From Phoronis australis (lineage: Eukaryota > Animalia > Phoronida), in the NCBI GenBank assembly GCA_002633005.1, contig NMRA01000404.1, positions 85,394 to 149,393 of the forward strand: a stretch of DNA of 64,000 bases. The letters are read 5' to 3'. The translations under genes were made by a program, and so were the position numbers. The notes beneath the pieces are model-generated. The model searched no databases. It saw nothing but the letters and a program-made list of their open reading frames with translations, and had not been told where the DNA came from. Positions 47,920 to 59,400 of this stretch are shown in pieces. The stretch's first letter is position 1. Every line of letters starts with the position of its first letter.

Positions 47920-50900
47920 AGGTTGCCTGTGAGCAGCCATCGTCGCCAGTTGCTGGCGATATGACTGTTGTGGGGCAACATCCATTTTACATCAAAGTGG
48001 CCCAACTTGCAAATCAAAACATCCCTGATAGACTTTAAGTTTTTCTAAAATCTGTTTTTACTGTATAACTGAATTTTTAACTTTTTTGTCTAGATCTCAG
48101 TGTCATAATACATAATAGATATTTACATCCGTATCCATGTCAACAGGCATTATTCTACTCCTCAGACTTAATGTAGACAATTAGTAAAATTTCTCCAATT
48201 TTGGAAACGACATGGCGCAGAAGTGAAATTTTATTTTTCTTTTTTCATAAAAGATTATTACCAAGTAGGTGATATGGAAAATTACAAGTCTTTAGTGGAC
48301 CAACTTGAGACTTTAAATCAAAGCTTTGTTGACTACTGCTGACTTTCCAGCTTCAGCGACACCTGTTGGCATGTGTTGAGCTTTAGGCAAACAGCAAGAA
48401 AAAATTAAAATACCTGCTCCTACCTGTGCGATAGGTTGACGAAGAGACTACTTCTAGTTTGAGGGCAGGTGTTTACTTATTTTAATAACACTCCTTCACA
48501 CCACATTCAAACCAGTTGTTTTCTTGTTTGGAATCTGGATCAAAAGTTTAACCTTTGACTCTCCCTCCTCACTGTGGGTGATGACACCAAATATATGTTT
48601 CTATAACATATTTGCCATGAGAAAAGTCTTGAGAGATTGCGTCATGCTGTTGAAAGTGTTAGTAGTGTTTAAAAATTGAACAAAGGTAAACTTTTAGCAA
48701 ATATTCGTTTAAGAAATTGGTGATGCTTTACCTAGTCTACATTTGAAATTTTATTTTTATGTGTGTACGAGGTGTATACTAGAAACCAGGATGTGAGTGG
48801 TATTACCTGAACAGTGGTCAGTCTCAGTGATTTGTGCTATTTGTGTGGAGTTCATGACTTTCTATTGTAGAGGATCATATTAAAGAAGTGTTACCATGCC
48901 CTTAACTATGCCAATGTATGGAAGGAACTTAAGGGCAAGACTTTTTTAACATAATCTAGGCTAGACAAAGTGCAGTTGTATTCATTGACCACTTGTAAAA
49001 AAATGTGGAAATAAAAAGTTCTGGAAATAGGTGACCTTTACACTAGTGACGTACCAGAGTTATTGCACAGCACCACCTCAAGATACTTGATTTGCAGTGG
49101 ATCATTTTTGCCACAAAACTTATTCTAAAAACGTTTTTTAATTTCCAACCTTCTTCATATTCACATGACTATATGTTGAGTATATAACTAGTTTGGCTAA
49201 GCAATGACAGGAGATAAGGAATTAGGTGCAAATTCCACTTTAAGGCAATAATGTGTTCTTGATTTTGTTGTTTATTAATGTTGTCATTTCCTTTGTTGTC
49301 ATTTGATCATTTTTTTCTGTTGTTCCTTGAGTTGTTTTGGTTGTGCATTTTAATAATTAGCAAACTAAGTGTTTTGATTGTTTATTATACAGGCATAATA
49401 CCCAAGTATAAGTGGGGACATTAATTTTTACTGTGATGTAAATGTTTCTTTAGAAGTTTATTTGGTATTTGTTCTCTGGAATGCCTGTTGTCATAAGTTG
49501 TCAATTCATAAGAGGCTTTTTAAGAGTTTTAATGATTGCCAAAGGCAGTATTTTTGTTTCATTTTAAGATCTATGCCTGTGGTCTAATCTTGGTACTGAA
49601 AAGAGAAGGTGAAAGTAATTATTGCTTTTCCTTATTATCTTCAGTTTAGTGCAAACTGGACATAAAATTCTCAGATTTGAGCTACAAATTCCCATAAAAA
49701 CTTGAGGTTATTTTGTTCTGACTTGAAGTCTGGGACCATCAAGTACAAACTAGGATAGACAGTCATCCAGTGTAAATTAGGTTAGATAGTCATCTGGATA
49801 CTTAAGCACCAAATAATTAACACTTGTTTTAAGTTTGCAGAGGAGCAGAATGAAAAATATCAAAAAACATAATTTCGATTTCCAGTATTAAGAATAGACT
49901 TGGTTCAGATCGTACGTATTAGTCAGGGTAAGTAATATCACAAATACTCTAAACAGGGTCCAGCATTCTTTTAAAAGTTGTTCATTATTTATTTTGATGA
50001 TGTATTAATCTTTTCAAGAATGCAGTTGTGATAAGATCACTAATGATGTTAGTTTATGTTCGGGAGTATGTACCCTAATGAACATAGACCTGTGTGTAAT
50101 TGTAATGTTCAAACCAGTTCTTGGTCGTTGTTCAGTGTTTTAAATGTGTACAATAGAGCTGCATAATATCAGTTTTAAGTTATTCTTAAAAGTCTTGCTC
50201 TTATTTACAAACTGTAAATTTCGGATAAGGCGCCGTTCTTGTACAAGGACATTTATAGTCCCTACTTTCCAACCAATGTGCCTGGTTTTAGATAATGTAC
50301 AGCGTGGGCTTACGGAAAACGTGAATTCGTGGAAGAAAATGATCGCACGATATTAATTCGCTTATCTTGTTTCGTCCTGCAACTTAGGTATCATTTTTTG
50401 TGGAAATTTCACATGTACTCGGGCGTGTATCTGTAACACGCGCTTTCACTCTCCAATTGGATGATATGGCCTCAAGCGGTCTGGTACACGTTGTACTTGA
50501 AGTCCGGTGCGCAGCATGTGGGTCCATTGCACTTATCACCTAGTGGAACCATTGTTGTGATGGGGCCTAGCTATGTAGTCGTGAAGTTTACGACCACTCA
50601 CTGTTTACGAGCACACACTGTTTACCCATAGGCAGAAGCAGGGTAAAAAATCGGGCAAATCGAAAACTTGACACGCAATCATCCAATGTAAAACCACGGG
50701 AAAGGTTTTGTACATGTCGTTTCAGTAGCCGTAGACGTGCAGAAAACGGGTGAATCGGCGTCACTAACTAGAGCCCTAGAAATCGAGCTCGGTCTAATCT
50801 CTGTGTGGGTTGAAATCTAACGCGCGAAAAGTAAAGACGTGTAGAGCACTTTCTCAGTGAAAAAACGTTGATCGGTTTGAACCAAACGTCATATAGTTTT

Positions 50901-51587
50901 GATAGTTGCTCTGGATTATTGAAATTGTAACAAACGTATTATGTGAAACTGATTTCGATTGAAAGTGAAGGTAGCTAAACAAAACCGATCCCTGTACGGT
51001 TTTCCCCAAGAAGCGTCGGCAAGAAGCTGAACAATGGCCTGGCAAGGAGTCAACAGTGACGTTATCGTCGTGGCTCTGGCGTTGTGGCGATCACTGAAGC
51101 TAAAAATGAATGCCAAGTGAACCCGGAGGGTCTTTGCATTGTACAGGGTAGACCAGTACCAAGAGACCAGACGGTTTTAATCCGAAAGGCCATAGAAAAG
51201 AGGACTAGTATTTTAGCAAGAAATGGCTCTCGCTCCCAACAAGGATACAGATTTACTTCCCGGCCACTTCGCCATCTCCTTGGAGGCTTCTACTTCCACG
51301 AAATCAGTTAGGACGATATTACGCGGAAAAATGTGATAAAAATTAGCGGTGGGTTTCAGTTAGTATCCGTTGTCAAATATGGCTTTAGTAACTCTTTGAA
51401 CCGTCATTGATCGACAGTTGGCCTGCAGACAAGCACGTGGTCTTCTAACCGTAGATTAATTCTCTGTGTTTAATCTATGGTTTAACTATCGACTACACTG
51501 AGATCTCTAGCCTCGGTTTAGAAATCGGTGTCGTCTAGAGTTTAAACCAAATAGTTGGTTTCTGTCATGGAGGGGGTGCCAAACACA

Positions 51588-52752
51588 AAAAGTTTCTGCT
51601 GGGGAAGGGCTTTTTTGCAATAAACAAAGTGTTATAACCACTGTGACAAGTGAAAATTCATAGTGAACTAACAAAATTGGCCGTGTCATGAAAGACATAC
51701 CAGTTGGTTGGTCTCGGTGTTTTAGTATACGCATTGGTTGAAGCGGGAGGATGAAATTGTGCGCCATGTTGCCCCACTAAGCGATTAGAAAGCTAATGAA
51801 TATTTGGACACCGGCAAGGGGACAAATTGTAAGGCTCTCACATTCTTGTCCAGCCCCTACTCTCCAAATAAAACATGCCTGCGTCACTACTGAATCCTCT
51901 ATTACTGTATACTAAGTAAGATGAGATGGGTAACGATTTTCAGGCTTTGATAAAAAACTTTGACACCTTGATATTTGAGCTAGAATAGTCACGATTTTCC
52001 TTTGTCGACCGCCATAATTTCCATCGAACAGTTTGCCTCCCAGTTGTCGCGATTTTTCACCATCCCCCATTCGAAGACCACTGCTTCAGAGGGACCCCTG
52101 TGGTTTCTATGGGGCGTTGTGACCTATGTTAGCGCTCTGGGTATATTTTGTCGCCTGCCGGAGACAATATGNAAAGTTTCTGCTGGGGAAGGGCTTTTTT
52201 GCAATAAACAAAGTGTTATAACCACTGTGACAAGTGAAAATTCATAGTGAACTAACAAAATTGGCCGTGTCATGAAAGACACACCAGTTGGTGGGTCTCG
52301 GTGTTTTGGTATACGCATTCGGGCTGAAGCGTGAGGATGAAATTGTGCGCCATGTTGCCCCACTAAGCGATTAGAAAGCTAATGAATATTTGGACACCGG
52401 CAAGGGGACAAATTGTAAGGCTCTCACATTCTTGTCCAGCCCCTACTCTCCAAATAAAACTTGCCTGCGTCACTACTGAATCCTCTATTACTGTATACTA
52501 AGTAAGATGGGTAACGATTTTCAGGCTTTGATAAAAAACTTTGACACCTTGATATTTGAGCTAGAATAGTCACGATTTTCCTTTGTCGACCGCCATAATT
52601 TCCACCGAACAGTTTGCCTCCCAGTTGTCGCGATTTTTCACCATCCCCCATTCGAAGACCACTGCTTCAGAGGGACCCCTGTGGTTTCTATGGGGCGTTG
52701 TGACCTATGTTAGCGCTCTGGGTATATTTTGTCGCCTGCCGGAGACAATATG
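51588..52752. other. Near-identical tandem duplication (about 580 bp x2) joined at N 52172; likely assembly artefact
   Basis: 51588-52171 matches 52173-52752 with few differences. Confidence 0.8.
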
Positions 52753-52958
52753 TGTGTAGTGTGACAATATATGTCACACGTACCAAGGGGTCTCTAACTA
52801 ACCTGTAATTTATTTTATTTAATCTAGAAGTAAACGTACTGGTGTTTGCTTCAGTGGTAGGCCTACATGTGGATATGGTAGTTTCGCACAATACAGAAAA
52901 TTGTAAAGGTGATACGCAAAACAACAATTTGCGATGTTGGACTTGCTAAAATCATTGA

Positions 52959-53164
52959 TGACGTAAGTTCATGTCACGTGTTTGTGCCTCACTTCAAACA
53001 TTATTTCCGACAATTGGAGCTCTTTCCTTCTCGCTGTATTTCACAGAATTAACAGGAATGTAACGACCAATCTTTATCTCAGATTTGGTATGTGACGTCA
53101 CGGGAAATCTTAACTCTAATTGCACCCCGCCCATGATGATTAAATATGAAAGCTCATTATAAAA
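52959..53164 (+). promoter_or_regulatory. Putative Pol II promoter of the kinase-like gene
   Basis: TGACGTAA 52959, CACGTG 52975, TTCACAGAA 53040, CCAAT 53067, TGACGTCA 53093, CCCCGCCC 53125, TATAAAA 53158, in canonical order. Confidence 0.55.
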
Positions 53165-53177
53165 CCACTGTTATCAT

Positions 53178-54434
53178 ATGTTGATCATGCGCAGACAAAA
53201 CTTTACACACCTGGATGATCAGACGTATTTATCTAAAACGAGAAGTGAGGCCATTAAACGTTTAAGAGACTACAAGAGAAAAACGGGAGGGGCAGAATCG
53301 GATGCCACCGAGACAGCCGTGAAAGACATGAAATACTTGTTGACACGTACAAAGACATTTGCAAGTAAACACAGTGACATTTTTGATGCCATGCAAAAGT
53401 CTCAAAACAGAAAAACGAGGATTCCGTCGTTGTCCTTGTCTGATTTTGTAACTGACAGAACACACCATGGGGTCAAAGCAATTTTTCCACGCAGGCGATG
53501 GACGAAAGAGACAGTATCCGAGAAGTTGGCGGGATCAAATCACAAAATTGACCTGAAAAATAACATATTTAGAGGCAAAAACCAGGCGAGGTCATTTAGG
53601 GAGTGTATATTGCACGCCATTACACCCAAAAGTTACCCACCTCCGAAGCTAGTTAATAGGAGACTAAAAGAGACAGAGAAAATGATGTCCTGGACCCCTG
53701 TGGTTCCACATTATGAAAGAATTGTGTTGGTCATGGAGGGTATGAAACCAGTCGTTCTTAGCAAAGGTATCTTTAGTAGGGTTTACCTTGTAGAAGATGC
53801 CGTTGAGGGTACTCGATATGCCCTGAAGGTCACTGTAGCAGACGACACGACAGATACAAGTCAAGTGCTAGCAGAAGGCCTGAACATCATGGCAGCAAAC
53901 AAGAAAACACTGGGCCCTGAATTTCAAGGTTTTTTCCCAATAGATCCAAGGGAAGTTGTATATTTAAAGTGGGGCTTACTGACGGAGTTCGTCCAAGGTA
54001 AGTCCTTGGAAGTCGTGCTCAAAGACCAAGACTCTGGTCTTGGTGTTAACCTTTGGACTAAAATAATGCACGAAATTGTTCGACAGGTTGCCCTTCTAAA
54101 CCTTGGAGGCTCGTCATTGTGTTGTGTTACTGCATCTAACATCATTGTGGATACTGGGTCCGGAACTGCCACCTTCGTCAACTTCACCAAAATGGCGCCG
54201 CTGAAGAAACAGAGAGGAATTTCTGTGTCCCCAAAAGATGCCGAAATGGTGTACCAACTTATGTCCCGAATAAATGAAGCAGTCTACGTCAATCTGTTCC
54301 AGAAGGCTATAAGCCTATTTCACGGTAAACTCTTTACATGGGACGGGGTTTTGGATGCCCTGAAGACAGAGCACTTCGACTCAATACTCAGACCAAGAAC
54401 ATGTCATATGAACAGAGAACGTGCTTCCCAATAA
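53178..54434 (+). CDS. Intronless protein-kinase-fold protein, predicted pseudokinase (418 aa)
   Basis: Longest ORF in the window. LSKGIFSRVYLV (Gly loop), YALKV (Lys kept), LAEG (alphaC Glu), LLTEFVQGKSL (hinge), LCCVTASNIIV (replaces HRDxxxxN), FVNFT (replaces DFG). Basic N-terminal extension of about 185 aa. Confidence 0.8.
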   Translation: MLIMRRQNFTHLDDQTYLSKTRSEAIKRLRDYKRKTGGAESDATETAVKDMKYLLTRTKTFASKHSDIFDAMQKSQNRKTRIPSLSLSDFVTDRTHHGVKAIFPRRRWTKETVSEKLAGSNHKIDLKNNIFRGKNQARSFRECILHAITPKSYPPPKLVNRRLKETEKMMSWTPVVPHYERIVLVMEGMKPVVLSKGIFSRVYLVEDAVEGTRYALKVTVADDTTDTSQVLAEGLNIMAANKKTLGPEFQGFFPIDPREVVYLKWGLLTEFVQGKSLEVVLKDQDSGLGVNLWTKIMHEIVRQVALLNLGGSSLCCVTASNIIVDTGSGTATFVNFTKMAPLKKQRGISVSPKDAEMVYQLMSRINEAVYVNLFQKAISLFHGKLFTWDGVLDALKTEHFDSILRPRTCHMNRERASQ

Positions 54435-54902
54435 GGTGGTGACCATGTGTTGTCCTGTTTTTCAACATACCAAAACAAAACAGCGGCACAAAGCGTGCCA
54501 ACAAAATACAACGGTATCTCATATGATAAAAGGTTTGAACATGAAAGGTTGCTGCAATACAACGGCATCTCCCGTGAAGTAGTACAGTGTTAAGCATGTC
54601 ACGCTTCTTCTCAACGTGCCAACAAAATACAACGGCATCTCATGTGAAATAAAAATATTGAACATGTCAGCCTGATTCTCAACAAACCAAGAAAACACAA
54701 GGTCATCTGTTACGACATGAAAGTGCTGAACATGTCATCTCACTTTTCAAAGTAGGCCTACCAACATAACACAGGGGCATCTCATGTAAATGGAAAGTGT
54801 TGAATATGCCCTAATACTGCATCCCAACATACCAACACTCATACCCCAATATCAACCTCGAATGGCCAATACAACCGTGTAATAACCCATTTAGATATCT
54901 CA

Positions 54903-54985
54903 CGGTCGGGAATCGACGCCGGTTTCGAACCCTGTCCGCAAGACTTTCGAGTCGTCGACTTTATAACTGCTCCACTCAGCGGCTG
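54903..54985 (-). mobile_element. tRNA-derived SINE head or tRNA pseudogene
   Basis: Minus strand: A-box-like GTGGAGCAGTT, stem GAC-TCGAAA-GTC, B-box GGTTCGAAAC; no proper acceptor stem. Confidence 0.45.
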
Positions 54986-55501
54986 ACGTCATCGAACGTG
55001 AAAACAGAATACTTTAATGAGCACGCGCAACAATCGCATGTTCAACAAAGGGCATTTTACCGACATTTATACACTATGAAAAATAAGACGCATAATTTCC
55101 ATAAAAACGATATTTTGATTCAGTGAAATTTATCTCTCATTTTCTCCCACTTGTAAATCATCGATCTCCAATTTGAATGCGGGTATCGTGTCGTCGGAAT
55201 CCTTTGACTTGAGCATTATACTCAGTTACTAGTGGTAACCTACTTTAGCAGACGATATTTTCTCGGTCGAAGCTTAGCGTAATAAAATGTGTAGTAAGCT
55301 ATAATAGTTGCTTAACCTTAATTTATAGATTCACGTTCTCTCCATTTTGATCCAATTGGTTTTGAGTAAAAGCGTTATTTGACAAAAATAGATCGGCTTT
55401 TCTAAAAGGCCTCCACCTCCGACCCCGGGCCTCTGACATAGAAAGTAGTTACAAAGCCGAGACGAGTCTAGAAAGGTAGATCAATTCATTGCAATGTTTC
55501 T

Positions 55502-55658
55502 CAGTGACGGATTTAGAGGGGGCCAAGGGGGCCGTGGCCCTCCCTAAAATTCTCCCAGATTACATTTGGCGCTTCGAGGGTGCGATTGTCTAACGGGCAA
55601 AATCCTGGCTAATACTCTGTCCTGGCCCCCCTAACTCAAAACCCTGGATCCGCCCCTG
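55502..55658. mobile_element. hAT-like MITE, perfect 5-bp TSD
   Basis: CAGTGACGGATTTAG ... CTGGATCCGCCCCTG; TTTCT on both flanks; homologous to 27787-27949. Confidence 0.8.
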
Positions 55659-55682
55659 TTTCTAGTTCAGTTTGTGGTATAA

Positions 55683-55836
55683 ATAGATTATTACGTGTTC
55701 TCAGTCGTTATCCCCCGTATTCTAGAGCCCGAGTGGATGTTGGAGACTTATCTGACGCCCCGAGGGTGATAATTCTCCAACATCCACGAGGGCTCTAGAT
55801 AAGGGGGATAACGACTGAGAGCACGTAATAATCTAT
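55683..55836. repeat. Fold-back element with about 68-bp arms
   Basis: ATAGATTATTACGTGTTCTCAGTCGTTATCCCCC ... GGGGGATAACGACTGAGAGCACGTAATAATCTAT. Confidence 0.85.
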
Positions 55837-56359
55837 ATATATACAACGGCATCTCGCATGAAAATTAAAGTTGTTTTATTTAATTTATGTGTTCTTTTTT
55901 ATCATGCATCAATCCATTACAAAAAATGTCGCTTTCTTCATACTTGAGCCTAAAACAAGAAATTACGTAATACTCTAAATAATTCTAAAAAGCTGATATC
56001 CAAATTCTATTGGACATAATTGGAACACGTTTGTACTCAAATCGTTTCAATTTTGGAGGGGTTGGCACGCCTCATAAACTTAACATTCAGACTCTCGATT
56101 CAACTTGCCAATAGCCTCATCGGTCTATTTGCGAATGAAATCAGTTTCTCTTATAGCATGGACAGGGTAGAGGCATATCTCGTGTGATTTGATATTCTTG
56201 GTTCATAATTTGCCTTTTTGGTGTAGAGTGCCTAAAGAAGAAACTAAATACATTCTGATTTTTGAAGGTGAGCGAGATTCAAAAATACTTTCATGTGTTG
56301 AATAATTTACATACACACGGAAACAAAATAATTAAATACTAGCACGAACGTAAACTAAA

Positions 56360-56462
56360 CTAAACTCGATAATTTATATTCAAAGCGTGCTCCCCGCAGT
56401 TCGGTCGAGCGCTAATGCAGTAGATCGCTTGAGCTTTCACAAACTCCTCCAATGTCACAGTA
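56360..56462 (-). CDS. PHF24: PHF24-like terminal exon
   Basis: Strong T-rich acceptor; TVTLEEFVKAQAIYCISARPNCGEHALNINYRV-stop. Confidence 0.85.
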
Positions 56463-59400
56463 CTAAAAAAAACAAAAAAGAATTTGAAGTAATCAAGCAT
56501 TTGAATCACACACAGATAAAAGCGTTATACGCGTCTAAACCAGTCAAATTCAAAAACTTCTAAAGAATAATTAAGTTCAGTCCCCTTGATTGTAAATCTA
56601 GGTACACATGAGCTGATACACACGACTTACCCGAGGACGAGGTCTCCTCCGTCTTCTATTAGAAGTTTTGCTCGGTTTTCTGCCATGCGAAAGCGCATGT
56701 CAAAGGTTTCGGATGCACGCTTTTCCCTAAAATTTTAGGTATGACACACAGGTTCAATCAGCATTAAGATTAATCAAATATAGATCACTCGCTACCCTCG
56801 CCCTCCACCCTCACCCACTATTCTCACCCACGACCCTCACTCATTTCCCTCACGCCCTCCACCCTCACGGCCCACTACCCTAAGTCACCGCCCTCATCCC
56901 GCACTGCCCTCATCCACTGCCTCCACCAACCACTCTCACCTACCACTCCTCACTCACTGCCCTAACACACTGCCCTCATCCAACACCATCTACCGCCCTC
57001 ACTCACCACCCTCACTCACTGCCCTCTCCCACTGCAGTCTCCCACTGCCCTCGCCCACCNCCTCACCCACCACCCTCACCTACCACCCTCACCTACCACT
57101 CTCTCCCACTGCCCTCCTCACCCACCACCCTCACCCACAGCCCTCACCTAACGCCTTCACCCACCGCCCTTACCCACCACCCTCGCCCACTACTTTCACC
57201 GTCCGTTAGGCCTACAGCTAGGCTACTACTTTCCATTCTTTATTGTGTCACGTGACATCGAGGCCGGCTTCCCTCCTCGCTGGTTCCCTACGTGCCTTAC
57301 TGACCACCTAGCGGCACACAGGGAGTCAGCGAGCGTGCTGGCTAGGCCCGTGGGGAACCAGCGAGGCTTCCCTCCCCAAATTACGATGAGAAAAGCAGAA
57401 ATGCTACGTCAGAAAACGAATTGGTAATTCAGTAATCGAACGTCTAAATAGTAAGAAGTTAAAAGCGTTCTAAGTGCCTGGAATGGTCAAATTAAAATAT
57501 TTCGAAATAATTTTTGAAGTTCAAATTATTCAGCGCTCTTAGGCTAACTGTAAAATTCCTGATTCACGCTACTTACCCAAGGATGGCATCTCCTCCGTTT
57601 TCTATAAGGAATTTTGACCGCTTGTCTGCCATGCGGACGCGCGCGTCAACGTTTTCGGATGCTCGCCTTTCCCTGAAATTTTAGACATGCCGAACGCGAA
57701 ATAGAATTAAGTGTTCAACCAATTTTAGGATTAATTAACAGTAGATCATTCATTATACTCTTCCACACTATGACGTATTGAATTCACGGTTAAGATATGC
57801 AGTGTTATAAAGGAAAGTTTAATGGCGCTGAAAATAATGTCACTTGTCAAAACAAGGTAAATGGTGGCTTTAAGCATATTAAATGTTATTCTTCTTGTTG
57901 TGCTCAGTGGGCTTCAGTCCCAAATCACGATACTTAGAATTTCTACTTCTATACAGATTATTGCTACACATTTAAACTATTTTGACTTGTTTGGTGTCAT
58001 TTCACCCGATCTGTCCTTCATTCTATCTTGTTAACGTTTTGTGTCTCGTCCAACTATTTTGGCCTCATGCATTTCTATGCTTTTGTACAAGAATCACAAG
58101 TCCTAATATCAATGTTATTGTATACGCCTATGGTGATATCACCTAAAATCCTAATTTCTGGTTGTATTGTACCAACAAAGAGCAATGTTAGAACTCCTAC
58201 AAAATGACCATTACAATACATCAATTTGTTCCCTTGCCACCACCAAAAGGTGTCGCAACAGAGGTGGCTCGATGATTCTTACCAACCTCGTGACATCTTT
58301 GAAGAATTTCCCCAATCAACCTTGGTTGGAAAAGACCATGTGAGTAGGATTTCAAGCGGATGAAACTTTTCCAAAGTAGCTGTGATAGTGATTACGTAAC
58401 ACCCAGGTACAATACTTTCTGGTATTTTCTCTGCGTAACTCCAGTTATTGTGCAGTATGATTTTCGTAATAAACATTTAATAATTAAACAATACAACAAT
58501 TAAGATGTACGTATGTGACACCTGCCACACAATAACTACGATTGGCGAACAAAGAGTTTGAAACGCATCTTGGAACAGTTAACGTACCACTAAGACAATT
58601 AGGGATACGACGCGCGCGAATGCGCGTGCACACAGACACAGACACACACACACAAAACATATAAAACGCCATAGAAGACAATCACCTGGACACCACAGAG
58701 ACGTTACAGACGAATAACACCTCGTACCATTTCATGAAAGCTCGTCGAGCTTCGGTGGCAGTAATACATCCGTCACCGTCTTCGTCATAGCAGGCGAACA
58801 TTCGTTGACAACTGTCTATTTCTTTTCCTTCGAGCATGTCAACTAGGTCTGCCTACACAGAAGTGATTTTATAGGTTACTTGCCGTTATGACATTGGGTC
58901 TCAAATTGTTCTATAGTCAAGTTTGAGGCAATTTTATGGCTTCAAAAGAACTAACAGTTCGATGTTACACGAGACCACAGAACACCAGTGCTGTAGTGGG
59001 GCATAGGCGCAGCCAACTACCTTTTGGCATTTGAAGGTAGCGCCTACGCACCGTAACTTACATTCAGTGCTCAAGGTGGTACGGTGGGCTTTGGGCACCT
59101 ACTTACCTCTTATTTTACCACTACAGCACTGCACATCACCTCAGTATTACTCTGCTTGCCGTGATGGTCAGGTGACGAGCATGGACCAACTGACTGACCA
59201 GCCATTAGGGCATTAGGAAACCCAGAAATCACTCGTCTCAGCTAGTTAGTGAAGGACGAGGTGAGATCATGTTTCCCTCTTCTTGGACGGAACGCTGGTT
59301 TATAGCATAGTTATATGGAAGTTACGTTGACGGTGGAACGTCTGTCTGCGCCGACTAACGGGAGCAGGTGAATTCCCTACTTAGCTGAATTATAATCATG

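Noticed and set aside
50850-52930. Short ORFs upstream of the kinase as extra genes or a viral cassette
   Set aside because: No recognisable motifs or splice-consistent chain; part of the region is a gap-flanking duplicate.
53178-54434. JAK or JAK pseudokinase (JH2) identity for the kinase-like ORF
   Set aside because: No FERM or SH2 region, no tandem kinase domain, single exon, and the C-lobe is too short.
54903-54985. Functional tRNA gene
   Set aside because: A- and B-box-like motifs are present but no convincing acceptor stem or full cloverleaf; better read as a SINE head.
58682-58686. PHF24 ending by read-through at VVSR-stop
   Set aside because: Downstream in-phase exons encode the ...ARPN C-terminus typical of the family, so splicing continues.
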